A DNA stretch of 62,238 nucleotides, counting the filler, from a candidate division TA06 bacterium SM23_40 (GTDB lineage Bacteria > LJUI01 > SM1-40): NCBI GenBank assembly GCA_001303705.1. It is 6 parts of 6 records of this genome, joined end to end, with 100 filler letters (N's around TTAATTAATTAA, not from the genome) between each part and the next. Parts side by side here need not be neighbours in the genome. Positions count along the whole stretch, not along the records: positions 45,710 to 51,182 come from LJUI01000163.1; positions 51,283 to 56,720 come from LJUI01000164.1; positions 56,821 to 62,238 come from LJUI01000165.1; 3 more parts are not named here. The stretch is one strand, 5' to 3'. Positions 50,702-59,565 of the stretch are shown here, in pieces (the first letter of the stretch is position 1; every line of letters starts with the position of its first letter). The notes beneath the pieces were generated by a model that had not been told where the DNA came from, ran no database searches, and was given only the letters and a program-made list of their open reading frames with translations. Both the position numbers and the translations under genes were made by a program.

Positions 50702-50965
50702 ATGGCAAAGGCCAAGAGAGACAAGAGCGAGGAGATCACCTTCGAGTCTGCCATGGCGCGCCTGGAGGAGATTACGCGACAGCTCGAAGCGGGCGAGATA
50801 GCGCTCGACCAGATGATAGCCACGTTTCGCGAAGGGATGGAGTTGGTCTCCTACTGTTCGAAGAAGCTCGAAGAGGCCGAACTCATACTCGAGAAGCTGA
50901 TCGGCGATGCAGGGCAGGCGATTCAGGTGGAGGCAGCGGACCTGGGTCCCGAAGAGGCTGAGTGA
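50702..50965 (+). CDS. xseB: Exodeoxyribonuclease VII small subunit
   Basis: FE.A...LEEI...LE.G...L......F.EG..L...C...L..AE. Confidence 0.92.
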   Translation: MAKAKRDKSEEITFESAMARLEEITRQLEAGEIALDQMIATFREGMELVSYCSKKLEEAELILEKLIGDAGQAIQVEAADLGPEEAE

Positions 50966-50986
50966 GACACTTGAGGAGAGCCGGCA

Positions 50987-51182
50987 GTGGCGTCCGAGAT
51001 GTCGTTGGAGGAGTTCAAGACCGCCCTGGAGGAACGTAGACAGCGTGTCTATCGCTATCTCAGAGCGGGGGACTACGCCCGATACTTTCGTCCGAGTCAT
51101 GTCTGCGATGCTGTCTTCAGCTATCTCGATCACGGTGGCAAGGGGCTGCGACCGGGTATACTCTTCTTCGCCTGCGGCGCAG
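50987..51182 (+). CDS. Polyprenyl synthetase (IspA-like), 3' truncated
   Basis: GGKGLRP motif; usual position after xseB. Confidence 0.75.
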
Positions 51183-51282
51183 NNNNNNNNNNNNNNNNNN
51201 NNNNNNNNNNNNNNNNNNNNNNNNNNTTAATTAATTAANNNNNNNNNNNNNNNNNNNNNNNNNNNNNNNNNNNNNNNNNNNN
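51183..51282. other. Assembly gap / contig linker
   Basis: N run containing TTAATTAATTAA. Confidence 0.98.
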
Positions 51283-51753
51283 ACGCTGAATGCGGTGACC
51301 GGTGTGTTCGAGTGGACTCCCACATACCAGCAGGCCGGGCTATACACCGTGACGTTTATCGCGATGGACCACGGGAGCCCCGCCCTTGCCGACACCGAGC
51401 AGACAGACATCAGGGTGACCGATGTGGTGGGTGTGGAGGATGTGGAGGATGGCGATGAGGGACCCGAGATTCCGCTCACTCGGTACCTCGCCCAGAACTA
51501 CCCCAATCCGTTCAGATCGGCCACGACGATCGAGTACGGCCTGGTGGCCCCGACCCATGTGAGTCTGAGGATATACGATGTCCGGGGCGCCTTTGTGCGG
51601 GCGCTGGTCAACGAGGAGCTTGGCGCCGGGCACCATCGTGCGAGTTGGGATGGACGTGACGGACGAGGCCATCGTGTCGGCAGCGGCATCTACTTCTGCC
51701 GGATTGAGGCGGGCGACTTCACCGAGACGAGGCGCATGGTCATCCTGCGCTAG
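51283..51753 (+). CDS. Secreted protein C-terminus: putative Ig (He_PIG-like) plus FlgD-Ig/secretion-tail domain (5' truncated); paralog of the next two genes
   Basis: TG.FEWTP..QQAG.YTVTF, QNYPNPF, WDGRD..G..VGSGIYF, RRMVILR. Confidence 0.85.
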   Translation, partial: TLNAVTGVFEWTPTYQQAGLYTVTFIAMDHGSPALADTEQTDIRVTDVVGVEDVEDGDEGPEIPLTRYLAQNYPNPFRSATTIEYGLVAPTHVSLRIYDVRGAFVRALVNEELGAGHHRASWDGRDGRGHRVGSGIYFCRIEAGDFTETRRMVILR

Positions 51754-51760
51754 AACCCCG

Positions 51761-52031
51761 GGGACGTACCTAAGGTTTTGAAGGTTATCGGGAAAACCTC
51801 GGGGACATTGTTAGGTTGAGAAGGTTTCTGGCGAAAAGGCTCAGATGTTCAGGGACGTTGGTAGGTTCCGAAGTCTCGTGCCACGCGGTGCTGGGGACGG
51901 GAAAACTCCAGGGACGTTGGTAGGTTCAGAAGGTTTCTGGCGAAAAGGCTCAGATACTCGAGGAAGTTGGCACGTTCTGAAGGTTACCAATACCCGAAGT
52001 CTTTCGAGACGTTGTCAGGTCTCTGAAGACT
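51761..52031 (+). repeat. Cluster of 6 degenerate ~25-nt repeats (consensus GGGACGTTGGTAGGTTCNGAAGGTT)
   Basis: Copies start at 51761, 51802, 51852, 51911, 51961 and 52006; the linker tctggcgaaaaggctcagat is itself duplicated. Confidence 0.8.
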
Positions 52032-52099
52032 ATACGTCAGGATCTGCATTTGCGGATGAGGTTCCTTGGAGAACACATAGCAGAGAGGGAAACCGTAAG

Positions 52100-54061
52100 A
52101 TGAGAACCATGACGGCCTTCGTGTGCGCAGTGTTGGTCCTCGGGCTGAGTGTATGCGCCCGGTCCACAGTCTGGCCCGTTCCCAGCCCGGAGTGTCCCAC
52201 CATTCAGGCCGGGATCGATTCGGCCGCAGCAGGTGATACGGTACTCGTGGCTGATGGCACGTATACCGGCGCCGGCAACACCGGGATCGACTTCCTCGGG
52301 AAGGGAATTCTCGTCACTTCAGAGAACGGGCCTGAGGTGACGATCATCGACTGCGAGGAATCGGGTACCGGGGTCAGATTCCAGAGCGGAGAGGATTCCA
52401 CATCAGTGCTGAGGGGCTTCACGATCCGGAATGGAAACGAGATCGGGGGCGCCGGCATCAACTGTGGGGGCTCCTCGCCGAGGATCGAGCTGAATATCAT
52501 CTCGGGGAATCACTCTGATCTCGGCGCCGGTATCTATTGCAGCGGTTCGTCTCCGATTATCGAGAACAATACGATCGCAGTGAACACGGCCGAGTATGAG
52601 GGTGGAGGCATAGCGTGTTACTCGGGTTCATCCCCCAGAATCGCCGGCAACACGATGACGTCGAACGTCGTTCCGGAAGGAAACGGCGCGGCGATATACT
52701 GCGAAGCATCCTCGCCGACGATCATCGGGAACATCATCACCTCGGGCTCTGCAGCTGGTTATGGTGGTGCGATCTACTGTGATGGGAGCGCTCCGGCGAT
52801 CGAGGGGAACACGATCATCGGGAATTGGAGCATGATCTCTGGAGGCGGGATAGCCTGCCTACACGAATCATCGCCGATGATCAAGAGCAACAGCATTTCA
52901 GAAAATCACGCCGACTGGGGCGGCGCGATCTATTGTCGAAGCTCCTCCCCGAGCATCGAAGACAATGCGATCGCGGAGAACGAGGGGTGGTCTGTCGGCG
53001 GGGGGATCGTCTGTCACGACCAGTCCTCTCCCGTGATCTCCGGCAATACGATCACGGGGAATGGATCGTGGGGTGGTGGTGGGATCTATTGTGACCTCAA
53101 TGCCGCTCCGAGCGTGGCCAACTGCATCATATGGGGGGACAGTGCAGATATTGGGCAGGAAATTTTTCTGCAATCGTCCAGCTCGATCAGTGTCCGATAT
53201 TCCGACGTCGAAGGTGGTTCTCTCGGTGTGTACGTGGTCTTGGGGTGCACTCTGTACTGGGATGAGGGGAACATCGACGAGGATCCGCTCTTCGTGACCG
53301 GGCCGCTCGGCGACTACTATCTGAGCCAGATTGCGGCCGGGCAGGGGGAGGACAGCCCCTGTGTCGATGCAGGGGATCCCGTTTCGCTAGTGCCCGAAGG
53401 GACGACGCGGACGGATGGGCTTCCGGATGAGTGGCCGGTCGATATGGGATACCACTATCCGTGGAACCGGCGGCCCGATCTGGTAGATCAGGCGGACACG
53501 ACGATTGCTGAGAATCAGCATGTGACATTCACGCTGGAGGCGAGCGACCCGGATGGAGACAGCATCGCCTTCGCGTCGCCCGATCTGCCCGGCGGGGCGA
53601 CCCTCGATCCGGTGACAGGTGTCTTCGAGTGGACGCCGAGCTATCAGCAGGCGGGGCTGTACACGGTGACATTCATTGCCACCGACTTCGGGATTCCCGC
53701 CCTGGCTGACACGGAACAGACCGATATCACCGTGACCGATGTCGTGGGGGTGGAGGACGGTGATGAGGAGCCCGGGATGGTACTCACTCGCTACCTCGCT
53801 CAGAATCGTCCGAATCCGTTCAGGTCGGCCACGACGATTGAGTACGGCCTCGTGGCTCCGACGCACGTGAGTCTGACGATCTACGATATACGCGGCGCCG
53901 TCGTGCGCCGGCTGGTAGACGAGGAAGTTGCTGCCGGGCAGCACCGTGCCAGCTGGGATGGGCGTGACGCTCGAGGCCATCGCGTCGGCAGCGGCATCTA
54001 CTTCTGCCGCCTCGAGGCCGGCGACTTTACGCGGACGAGGCGCATGGTCATGCTGCGCTAG
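52100..54061 (+). CDS. Secreted right-handed parallel beta-helix protein with Ig and FlgD-Ig C-terminal domains
   Basis: Signal peptide, TIQAGIDSA..GDTVLV, about 9 GGGI.C..SSP.I..N.I..N repeats, QNRPNPF tail. Start moved to ATG 52100 after a GAGGG RBS. Confidence 0.88.
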   Translation: MRTMTAFVCAVLVLGLSVCARSTVWPVPSPECPTIQAGIDSAAAGDTVLVADGTYTGAGNTGIDFLGKGILVTSENGPEVTIIDCEESGTGVRFQSGEDSTSVLRGFTIRNGNEIGGAGINCGGSSPRIELNIISGNHSDLGAGIYCSGSSPIIENNTIAVNTAEYEGGGIACYSGSSPRIAGNTMTSNVVPEGNGAAIYCEASSPTIIGNIITSGSAAGYGGAIYCDGSAPAIEGNTIIGNWSMISGGGIACLHESSPMIKSNSISENHADWGGAIYCRSSSPSIEDNAIAENEGWSVGGGIVCHDQSSPVISGNTITGNGSWGGGGIYCDLNAAPSVANCIIWGDSADIGQEIFLQSSSSISVRYSDVEGGSLGVYVVLGCTLYWDEGNIDEDPLFVTGPLGDYYLSQIAAGQGEDSPCVDAGDPVSLVPEGTTRTDGLPDEWPVDMGYHYPWNRRPDLVDQADTTIAENQHVTFTLEASDPDGDSIAFASPDLPGGATLDPVTGVFEWTPSYQQAGLYTVTFIATDFGIPALADTEQTDITVTDVVGVEDGDEEPGMVLTRYLAQNRPNPFRSATTIEYGLVAPTHVSLTIYDIRGAVVRRLVDEEVAAGQHRASWDGRDARGHRVGSGIYFCRLEAGDFTRTRRMVMLR

Positions 54062-54068
54062 CATGCGG

Positions 54069-54208
54069 GGGAAGTATCTAGGTTTCGAAGGTTATCGGTA
54101 AAAACCTCATGCAGGTTGGGAGGATACTGGTAGGGACGTACCTAAGGTTCTGAAGGTTATTGGCGAAAACGCTCATACGCTCGGGGACGTTGGTAGGTTC
54201 CGAAGGTT
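54069..54208 (+). repeat. Cluster of 3 copies of the ~25-nt repeat
   Basis: Copies at 54069, 54133 and 54184, with linkers resembling those at 51787-51801 and 51827-51851. Confidence 0.8.
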
Positions 54209-54450
54209 GCTGGCACACGTTCCAGGGTCGGGGTGTGTTGCGGAGTTCCCGATACGTCATGACTATGATGGCCTAGACAGTCTCATAGTGCAACGTGTCC
54301 CGCGTGGTTACCATCGATCGAGGGGTAGGACCTTCTGTTCCTATCAGCGTCACCGGGAGATGGGGAGACGGGCTGCACAACGGAGCGAGTCCTCAACATG
54401 AGAGAGGACGTGGGAGTTGGAGGGAGTGAAAGAATTATAAGGAGGGACGA

Positions 54451-56628
54451 GTGAGAACGCTGACAGGATTCGCCTGTGCGACCTTGGTGCTCGGATTGGC
54501 TTCAAGCGTTGTCGCGACGACCTGGTACGTACCGAGCCAGTGTCCTACGATTCAGGCGGGGATCGACTCGGCATCGGCAGGGGATACGGTGCTTGTGGCC
54601 GCTGGCACATACACCGGCGACGGGAACAGAAACATCGACTTCTCGGGCAAGGGGATTCTCCTGACCTCTGAAAGCGGGCCCGAGGCCACGATCATCGACT
54701 GCGGAGGAGTGGCCAGAGGATTCTACATCAGTACGGACGAGGATACCACGACGGTGGTGAGGAGATTCACAGTCCGAAACGGGTCGTGGGTCGTTGGGGC
54801 GGGATTCTACATCAACCTGGCCTCTCCCATCATTGAAGGGAACATCATCACTGAGAACGAGGGCGGCAATGGGGGTGCCGCGATCGAGTGCCTCAGCTCA
54901 TACGCGATCATAAGAAAGAACAGGATTTCAGGAAATACCTCGAGCGGAGACGGGGGAGGGGCGATCGTTTGCAGCGGGGGCGCAGTCACGATCGTCGGCA
55001 ATCTGATTACGGATAACGAAGCGACCTATGCCGACGGTGGGGGCATCCACTCCAGCGAATGCTCCGGGATCATCGAGGGCAATACGATTACGGGGAACAC
55101 GGCCCGCGGCGACGGCGCCGCTATCTATGTTTCCGAGGGTTCTCCCCCGATCAAGAGGAACACCATCTCGGGCAACACATCGACGGACGGGAGTGGCGGT
55201 GGCATCGGCTGCAGTAACGGGGCCTCACCGCTCATCACCGGCAACACGATAGAGAACAACAGCTGTGATGATCTCGATGGCGGGGGGATATGGTGTCGCG
55301 ATTCTTCGCCGGTAATAGAGAACAATACGATCGTCGGCAATACCGTGGCGTATAATGGTGGCGGGATCGCCTGTTGGGAGGGCGGTGCTCCGGTGATCGT
55401 TGATAACTTGATCGCCGACAACGTGGCCGACTGGGGCGGCGGCGGGATCTACTGCTTCGAGTCCTCGCCGACGATCGAAGGCAACACTATCTGGGGGAAT
55501 GATTGCGGGTTGGACGGTGGCGGGATCCACTGCGATGCATCCTCTTCCCCGACAATCAAGGAGAACCTGATTCTGGCGAATGAGGCCTTGTTTGACGGAG
55601 GGGGGATCCAGTGCTACACCTCATCCCCGATGCTCGAGGGCAACACGCTTACGGGTAACATCGCAACTCAGAGCGGCGGCGCTATCGCGTGCGTCATGGG
55701 TTCTGCGCCGACTGCTGCCAACTGCATCCTGTGGGGAAATAGCGCAGACACATATCCCGAGATCTACGTGGAGTCGGATACAATCATAGTCACCTACTCA
55801 AATGTTGAGGGAGGATGGCCAGGAAACGGGAACATCAACCTGGATCCGCTCTTCGTGACTGGCCCGCTCGGCGACCATTATCTCAGCCAGATCGCGGCAG
55901 GGCAGGGGGCGGACAGTCCGTGCATGGACGCGGGGGATCCGGGTTCGGCGGTGCCTGCGGGCGGCACCACGAGGACAGATAGAGTGCCCGATGCCTCGCC
56001 CGTGGACATCGGGTACCACTATCCGACAAACCGTGCTCCTGACCTGGTCGATCAGCCCGATACAACGATTGCTGAAAATCAGTATCTTGCCTTTACCCTG
56101 CAGGCCACGGATCCCGAAGGGGACAGCATCTCGTTCTCGTCTCCGGATCTGCCGGTCGGAGCCACGCTCGATGCGGTGACCGGTCTGTTCAAGTGGACGC
56201 CGGACTATCAGCAGGCCGGGGCTCACACCGTGACGTTCATCGCGACGGACTACGGGAGTCCCGCCCTTGCCGATACCGAGCAGACGGACATCACGGTGAC
56301 GGATGTGGTCGGGGTGGGTGACGGGGATGAGGAGGACGAGCCGCGCGTACTGGCGCAGTATCTCGGCCAGAACTACCCCAACCCGTTCAGTTCGTCCACG
56401 ACGATCGCCTACTCGCTGGCCAGACCCGCGCTCGTTCGTATCGCGATCTACGACATCCGCGGGGCGCTCGTGCGCGAGCTCGTGGAGGAGACGATTACGG
56501 CCGGCCCGCACGGAGTGGGGTGGGATGGACGGGATCAGCGGGGACACAGAGTCGGAAGCGGAATCTACGTGTACTATCTCGAGGCGGGCGAGTTCACCGA
56601 GACGCGACGCATGGTCATCCTGCGCTAG
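54451..56628 (+). CDS. Secreted right-handed parallel beta-helix protein with Ig and FlgD-Ig C-terminal domains
   Basis: Same architecture with more beta-helix repeats; AGGAGG RBS, GTG start. Confidence 0.88.
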   Translation: MRTLTGFACATLVLGLASSVVATTWYVPSQCPTIQAGIDSASAGDTVLVAAGTYTGDGNRNIDFSGKGILLTSESGPEATIIDCGGVARGFYISTDEDTTTVVRRFTVRNGSWVVGAGFYINLASPIIEGNIITENEGGNGGAAIECLSSYAIIRKNRISGNTSSGDGGGAIVCSGGAVTIVGNLITDNEATYADGGGIHSSECSGIIEGNTITGNTARGDGAAIYVSEGSPPIKRNTISGNTSTDGSGGGIGCSNGASPLITGNTIENNSCDDLDGGGIWCRDSSPVIENNTIVGNTVAYNGGGIACWEGGAPVIVDNLIADNVADWGGGGIYCFESSPTIEGNTIWGNDCGLDGGGIHCDASSSPTIKENLILANEALFDGGGIQCYTSSPMLEGNTLTGNIATQSGGAIACVMGSAPTAANCILWGNSADTYPEIYVESDTIIVTYSNVEGGWPGNGNINLDPLFVTGPLGDHYLSQIAAGQGADSPCMDAGDPGSAVPAGGTTRTDRVPDASPVDIGYHYPTNRAPDLVDQPDTTIAENQYLAFTLQATDPEGDSISFSSPDLPVGATLDAVTGLFKWTPDYQQAGAHTVTFIATDYGSPALADTEQTDITVTDVVGVGDGDEEDEPRVLAQYLGQNYPNPFSSSTTIAYSLARPALVRIAIYDIRGALVRELVEETITAGPHGVGWDGRDQRGHRVGSGIYVYYLEAGEFTETRRMVILR

Positions 56629-56635
56629 CCCGGTC

Positions 56636-56710
56636 GGGACGTTGGTAGGTTCAGAAGGTTGAGCGTCGGGGACGTACGAGGTTTTGATGGTTATCGGCGG
56701 GGACGTCAGG
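56636..56710 (+). repeat. 2-3 copies of the ~25-nt repeat at the contig end
   Basis: 56636-56660 is identical to 51911-51935; further copies at 56669 and (partial) 56700. Confidence 0.78.
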
Positions 56711-56720
56711 ACGCAACCTA

Positions 56721-56820
56721 NNNNNNNNNNNNNNNNNNNNNNNNNNNNNNNNNNNNNNNNNNNNTTAATTAATTAANNNNNNNNNNNNNNNNNNNNNNNN
56801 NNNNNNNNNNNNNNNNNNNN
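56721..56820. other. Assembly gap / contig linker
   Basis: N run containing TTAATTAATTAA. Confidence 0.98.
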
Positions 56821-57906
56821 TATCCGATTCTGCCTCCACAGGGCCATCGCCAGGGCACGATAGCTTGTAGCCTCCTCAGCACGGTCGCCGAGTGCCTTGG
56901 AAATCTCCAGGGCCTGACGAGCAAAAGTCTCCGCCTCGGCATGTGATCCCAGCACGAGCTGGACCTCCGAGAGACGGCGATACACCTCGTTTACAACGTC
57001 CCCTCGCGGCGCAATTCTCTCCAGTATGTGCCGTGCCTTCTCGAAGAACTCCAGCGCCAGTTCCGGATTGCCCGCCGCAAACTCCAGATCCCCCCAGTAC
57101 TCATGGACAAGGGCTTCCTCTCTCTCCACCCCGAGGTCTCGACTTATTTCGAGAGCTTGACGCAGGAGCGTACGCGCTTCTTCCCAACGCCGCTGCAGAG
57201 TTCGCAAGGCGCCTGTGACAGCCAAGATACGACACTTAAAAAGCAGGAAGACGTCCTCAGGATACTGATTCTGCAGTTCCTTTAGGAGCTTGGCCGCCCG
57301 ATCGTAGTAGTGACCAGCTTTAACCCAGTCACCCAGCATTCGGTTGACTGTACCGATATTCGTGCAGAACATCCTGACACGGCGATCGTCTGCGCCCCTC
57401 TCGGCATACGCAAGACCAGTCTCAAGATGCTTCAGGGCCACTCGCCACTCGCCCATGATCAGAAAGGCTCGGGCAAGTTGGTTGGAACACCACACAGCAA
57501 GCGTCTCGTCCCCGAACCTTCTGAACGTGGATACACTGTCCTGGAGACAGGATCGAGCCCTGTCGATCGCCCCAGTACTGAGCAATGCATTCCCAAGCGT
57601 GAGCATAACAAGGCCGACAGTCTCATGTCTGTCGGTCAGTCTCAGGATTTCGTACGCCTCTTCACAGTCCCGTATAGCATCAGCGAGACGGCCGAGCCGC
57701 AGATACACCTGCCCGCGAACAGCCAGAAGATCAGCCCACTCAAACGGCTCGGCGTGAGGATCGATCGTTCGCGAAAGATCCTCCAACTCCGACAGGGCCT
57801 CCCTATACCTGCCAGAAGTCTCGATCTCATCTCTCTTCGCCCGTGGAGACCCAAGCTTTCCGCCCACTGGCAACTCTCCTAGGACTTCACTTCCCCCCTC
57901 GTTCAT
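56821..57906 (-). CDS. Tetratricopeptide-repeat protein (3' truncated by gap)
   Basis: Repeated ~40-aa helical units (LG..Y...G...A......A..I); GGAGG RBS. Confidence 0.8.
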
Positions 57907-57928
57907 CCTGAGCACCTCCACCGGGGGA

Positions 57929-58300
57929 TCATATTGACAGTCTGAACATGAGCCACACTAGGTAAGACCAGTGGCGCGTCGCTACAGCCCACCGACTGTT
58001 GGGCTTCGTGCCAGCATCTGCCCAAGAGGGTCGCAGTCCGCTACGTTGCAGACATGGTAAGCGCCTATCGATGCCTGACGCCCGCTGGACCTGTTCACTG
58101 GGAGTCTCCCGGCCAATACGTACCCGCTCGCCCTGCCTCAGGTCAGGAGCGCCCGGTATGTGTTTGCCCTCCGGCGTGTCCTGTATCTTATGCCCTTCGT
58201 CATCATCCCATATCTGCCCTCCGTAGATGGCCTGGGAAGACACAAAAATAAGAGCCAAGACGAGCCCAAGAACGGGCAGACTCACCCTTTTGCCGTCCAT
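57929..58300 (-). CDS. Small hypothetical secreted protein (123 aa)
   Basis: GGAGG RBS, signal peptide MDGKRVSLPVLGLVLALIFVSSQA, GGQIWDDD motif, hydrophobic Trp-rich C-terminus. Confidence 0.6.
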   Translation of the reverse strand: MDGKRVSLPVLGLVLALIFVSSQAIYGGQIWDDDEGHKIQDTPEGKHIPGAPDLRQGERVRIGRETPSEQVQRASGIDRRLPCLQRSGLRPSWADAGTKPNSRWAVATRHWSYLVWLMFRLSI

Positions 58301-58458
58301 CGCCTTTTCCTCCATTTCGATGGAACAGAAACTGCCGCTTGCCATCTTCTGCGCCACGTTGCCAACGAACATCACCCTTCAGCCGCCGGCCACGAGTCTG
58401 GCAAGCCCCAGTCAATCATTATCTTATACGAAACATCACACCCCTATGCACCAATTGC

Positions 58459-58487
58459 ATTGTACAACACTACGTTCGCGTTGTCAA
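58459..58487 (-). promoter_or_regulatory. Strong sigma-70 promoter
   Basis: Minus strand TTGACA-17 nt-TACAAT. Confidence 0.75.
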
Positions 58488-58610
58488 CCGAAAACCGCCT
58501 TCCAAGGAACCAGCGCACGCATCGTGCAACTGATCCCGGAGGAAGGCGCTTCCCTCTCCAGAACCACCCTGGAGCGCTATCGGCCTGAAGGATAGAGTAA
58601 TCCCGACGGC

Positions 58611-59183
58611 CTACGCAGCCAGGTCCTTGACCGACACCATCCTGAAGTCGAGGTCGCTGAAGGTCTTCGCTATCTCAGCAGCTGAATTTTGAATTGCCTC
58701 TATGCCCCGGCCGGAGAATTCATTGTTCTGCATCTGCAGGAACAACAACAGCTCGAATGCAGTGGACCTCATCCAATCCACATCGACTCGGTACCCACAT
58801 ACCGCGAGGGCGCCTGTCTTCTCCAGGAACTGCCTCAAGTGCCTCAGACTAATCCCCATGGTGCTGCACGAGGAGAACATGATCACGCGATCGGAGCACT
58901 TCGATGCCAGCAGTTCGGCGAGATCATCTATCAAATAGAAATCCTGTCCGAGCTGTATACCATTCTCTTTGCCATGGCTGGCAAGATAGAGAATGGGATA
59001 GGGATCGTATCTCTTCTGTACCCATTTCGTCACATAGAATTCGAACTCCTCAATCGTGGCGCACTCCCTGTGTACATAACTAATCTGCTCGTTAAGGCGA
59101 AGCAGTTCAAGGAGGGGCCGGACCGTCGAGCCCACCCTGAGGTCAGGATCCCAGAGACCTTCGAGACAAAAGATCCCCTTCAT
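58611..59183 (-). CDS. DUF6642-like protein with CHAT/caspase-like His-Gly and Cys motifs
   Basis: IFCLEG.W, ILYLASHG, FSSCST, GY...VDW. Start moved to ATG 59183. Confidence 0.65.
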   Translation of the reverse strand: MKGIFCLEGLWDPDLRVGSTVRPLLELLRLNEQISYVHRECATIEEFEFYVTKWVQKRYDPYPILYLASHGKENGIQLGQDFYLIDDLAELLASKCSDRVIMFSSCSTMGISLRHLRQFLEKTGALAVCGYRVDVDWMRSTAFELLLFLQMQNNEFSGRGIEAIQNSAAEIAKTFSDLDFRMVSVKDLAA

Positions 59184-59347
59184 CTGATGACGCTTTCTCA
59201 CGGATATCTCCTTCCAAGGCGGCGCTCCTTGCGTCCCCTCTCGCCCCTCGCCCCCATCGCGTCGAGGGAAGACGCCCAGCCCGCAGACCGTTGACACCGT
59301 TCGATCTCAATAGAGACATACGTGTAACTATCACTACGTTCTTGACG

Positions 59348-59376
59348 ATTGTACCTGCGTCATAACCTGAATGCAA
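59348..59376 (-). promoter_or_regulatory. Putative sigma-70 promoter
   Basis: Minus strand TTGCAT-17 nt-TACAAT. Confidence 0.5.
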
Positions 59377-59565
59377 GCCATTTCCGCCTGTGCACTCCCT
59401 CCTTCAAGCGGCGGGGACGCGACCAAGAGGAGCTGACTCACCTGCCAGCTACAGGCCTATCACCAGAGGCCGACGATGGGACGAACCGGCAACAACCTAA
59501 AAAGGGATAGTCGCCGCACTGAGCAGCTCCATCCCTTGGATGCTGAGTACCTTTCGGAAATCGCG

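Noticed and set aside
51761-52031. CRISPR array
   Set aside because: Repeats are degenerate, linkers are 15-34 nt and reused rather than unique, and there are no cas genes. The Cas4-like gene is on another contig.
51845-52099. 85-aa N-terminal extension of the beta-helix ORF, including the GTLVGSEG peptide
   Set aside because: It is a translation of the non-coding repeat cluster; the RBS and signal peptide point to ATG 52100.
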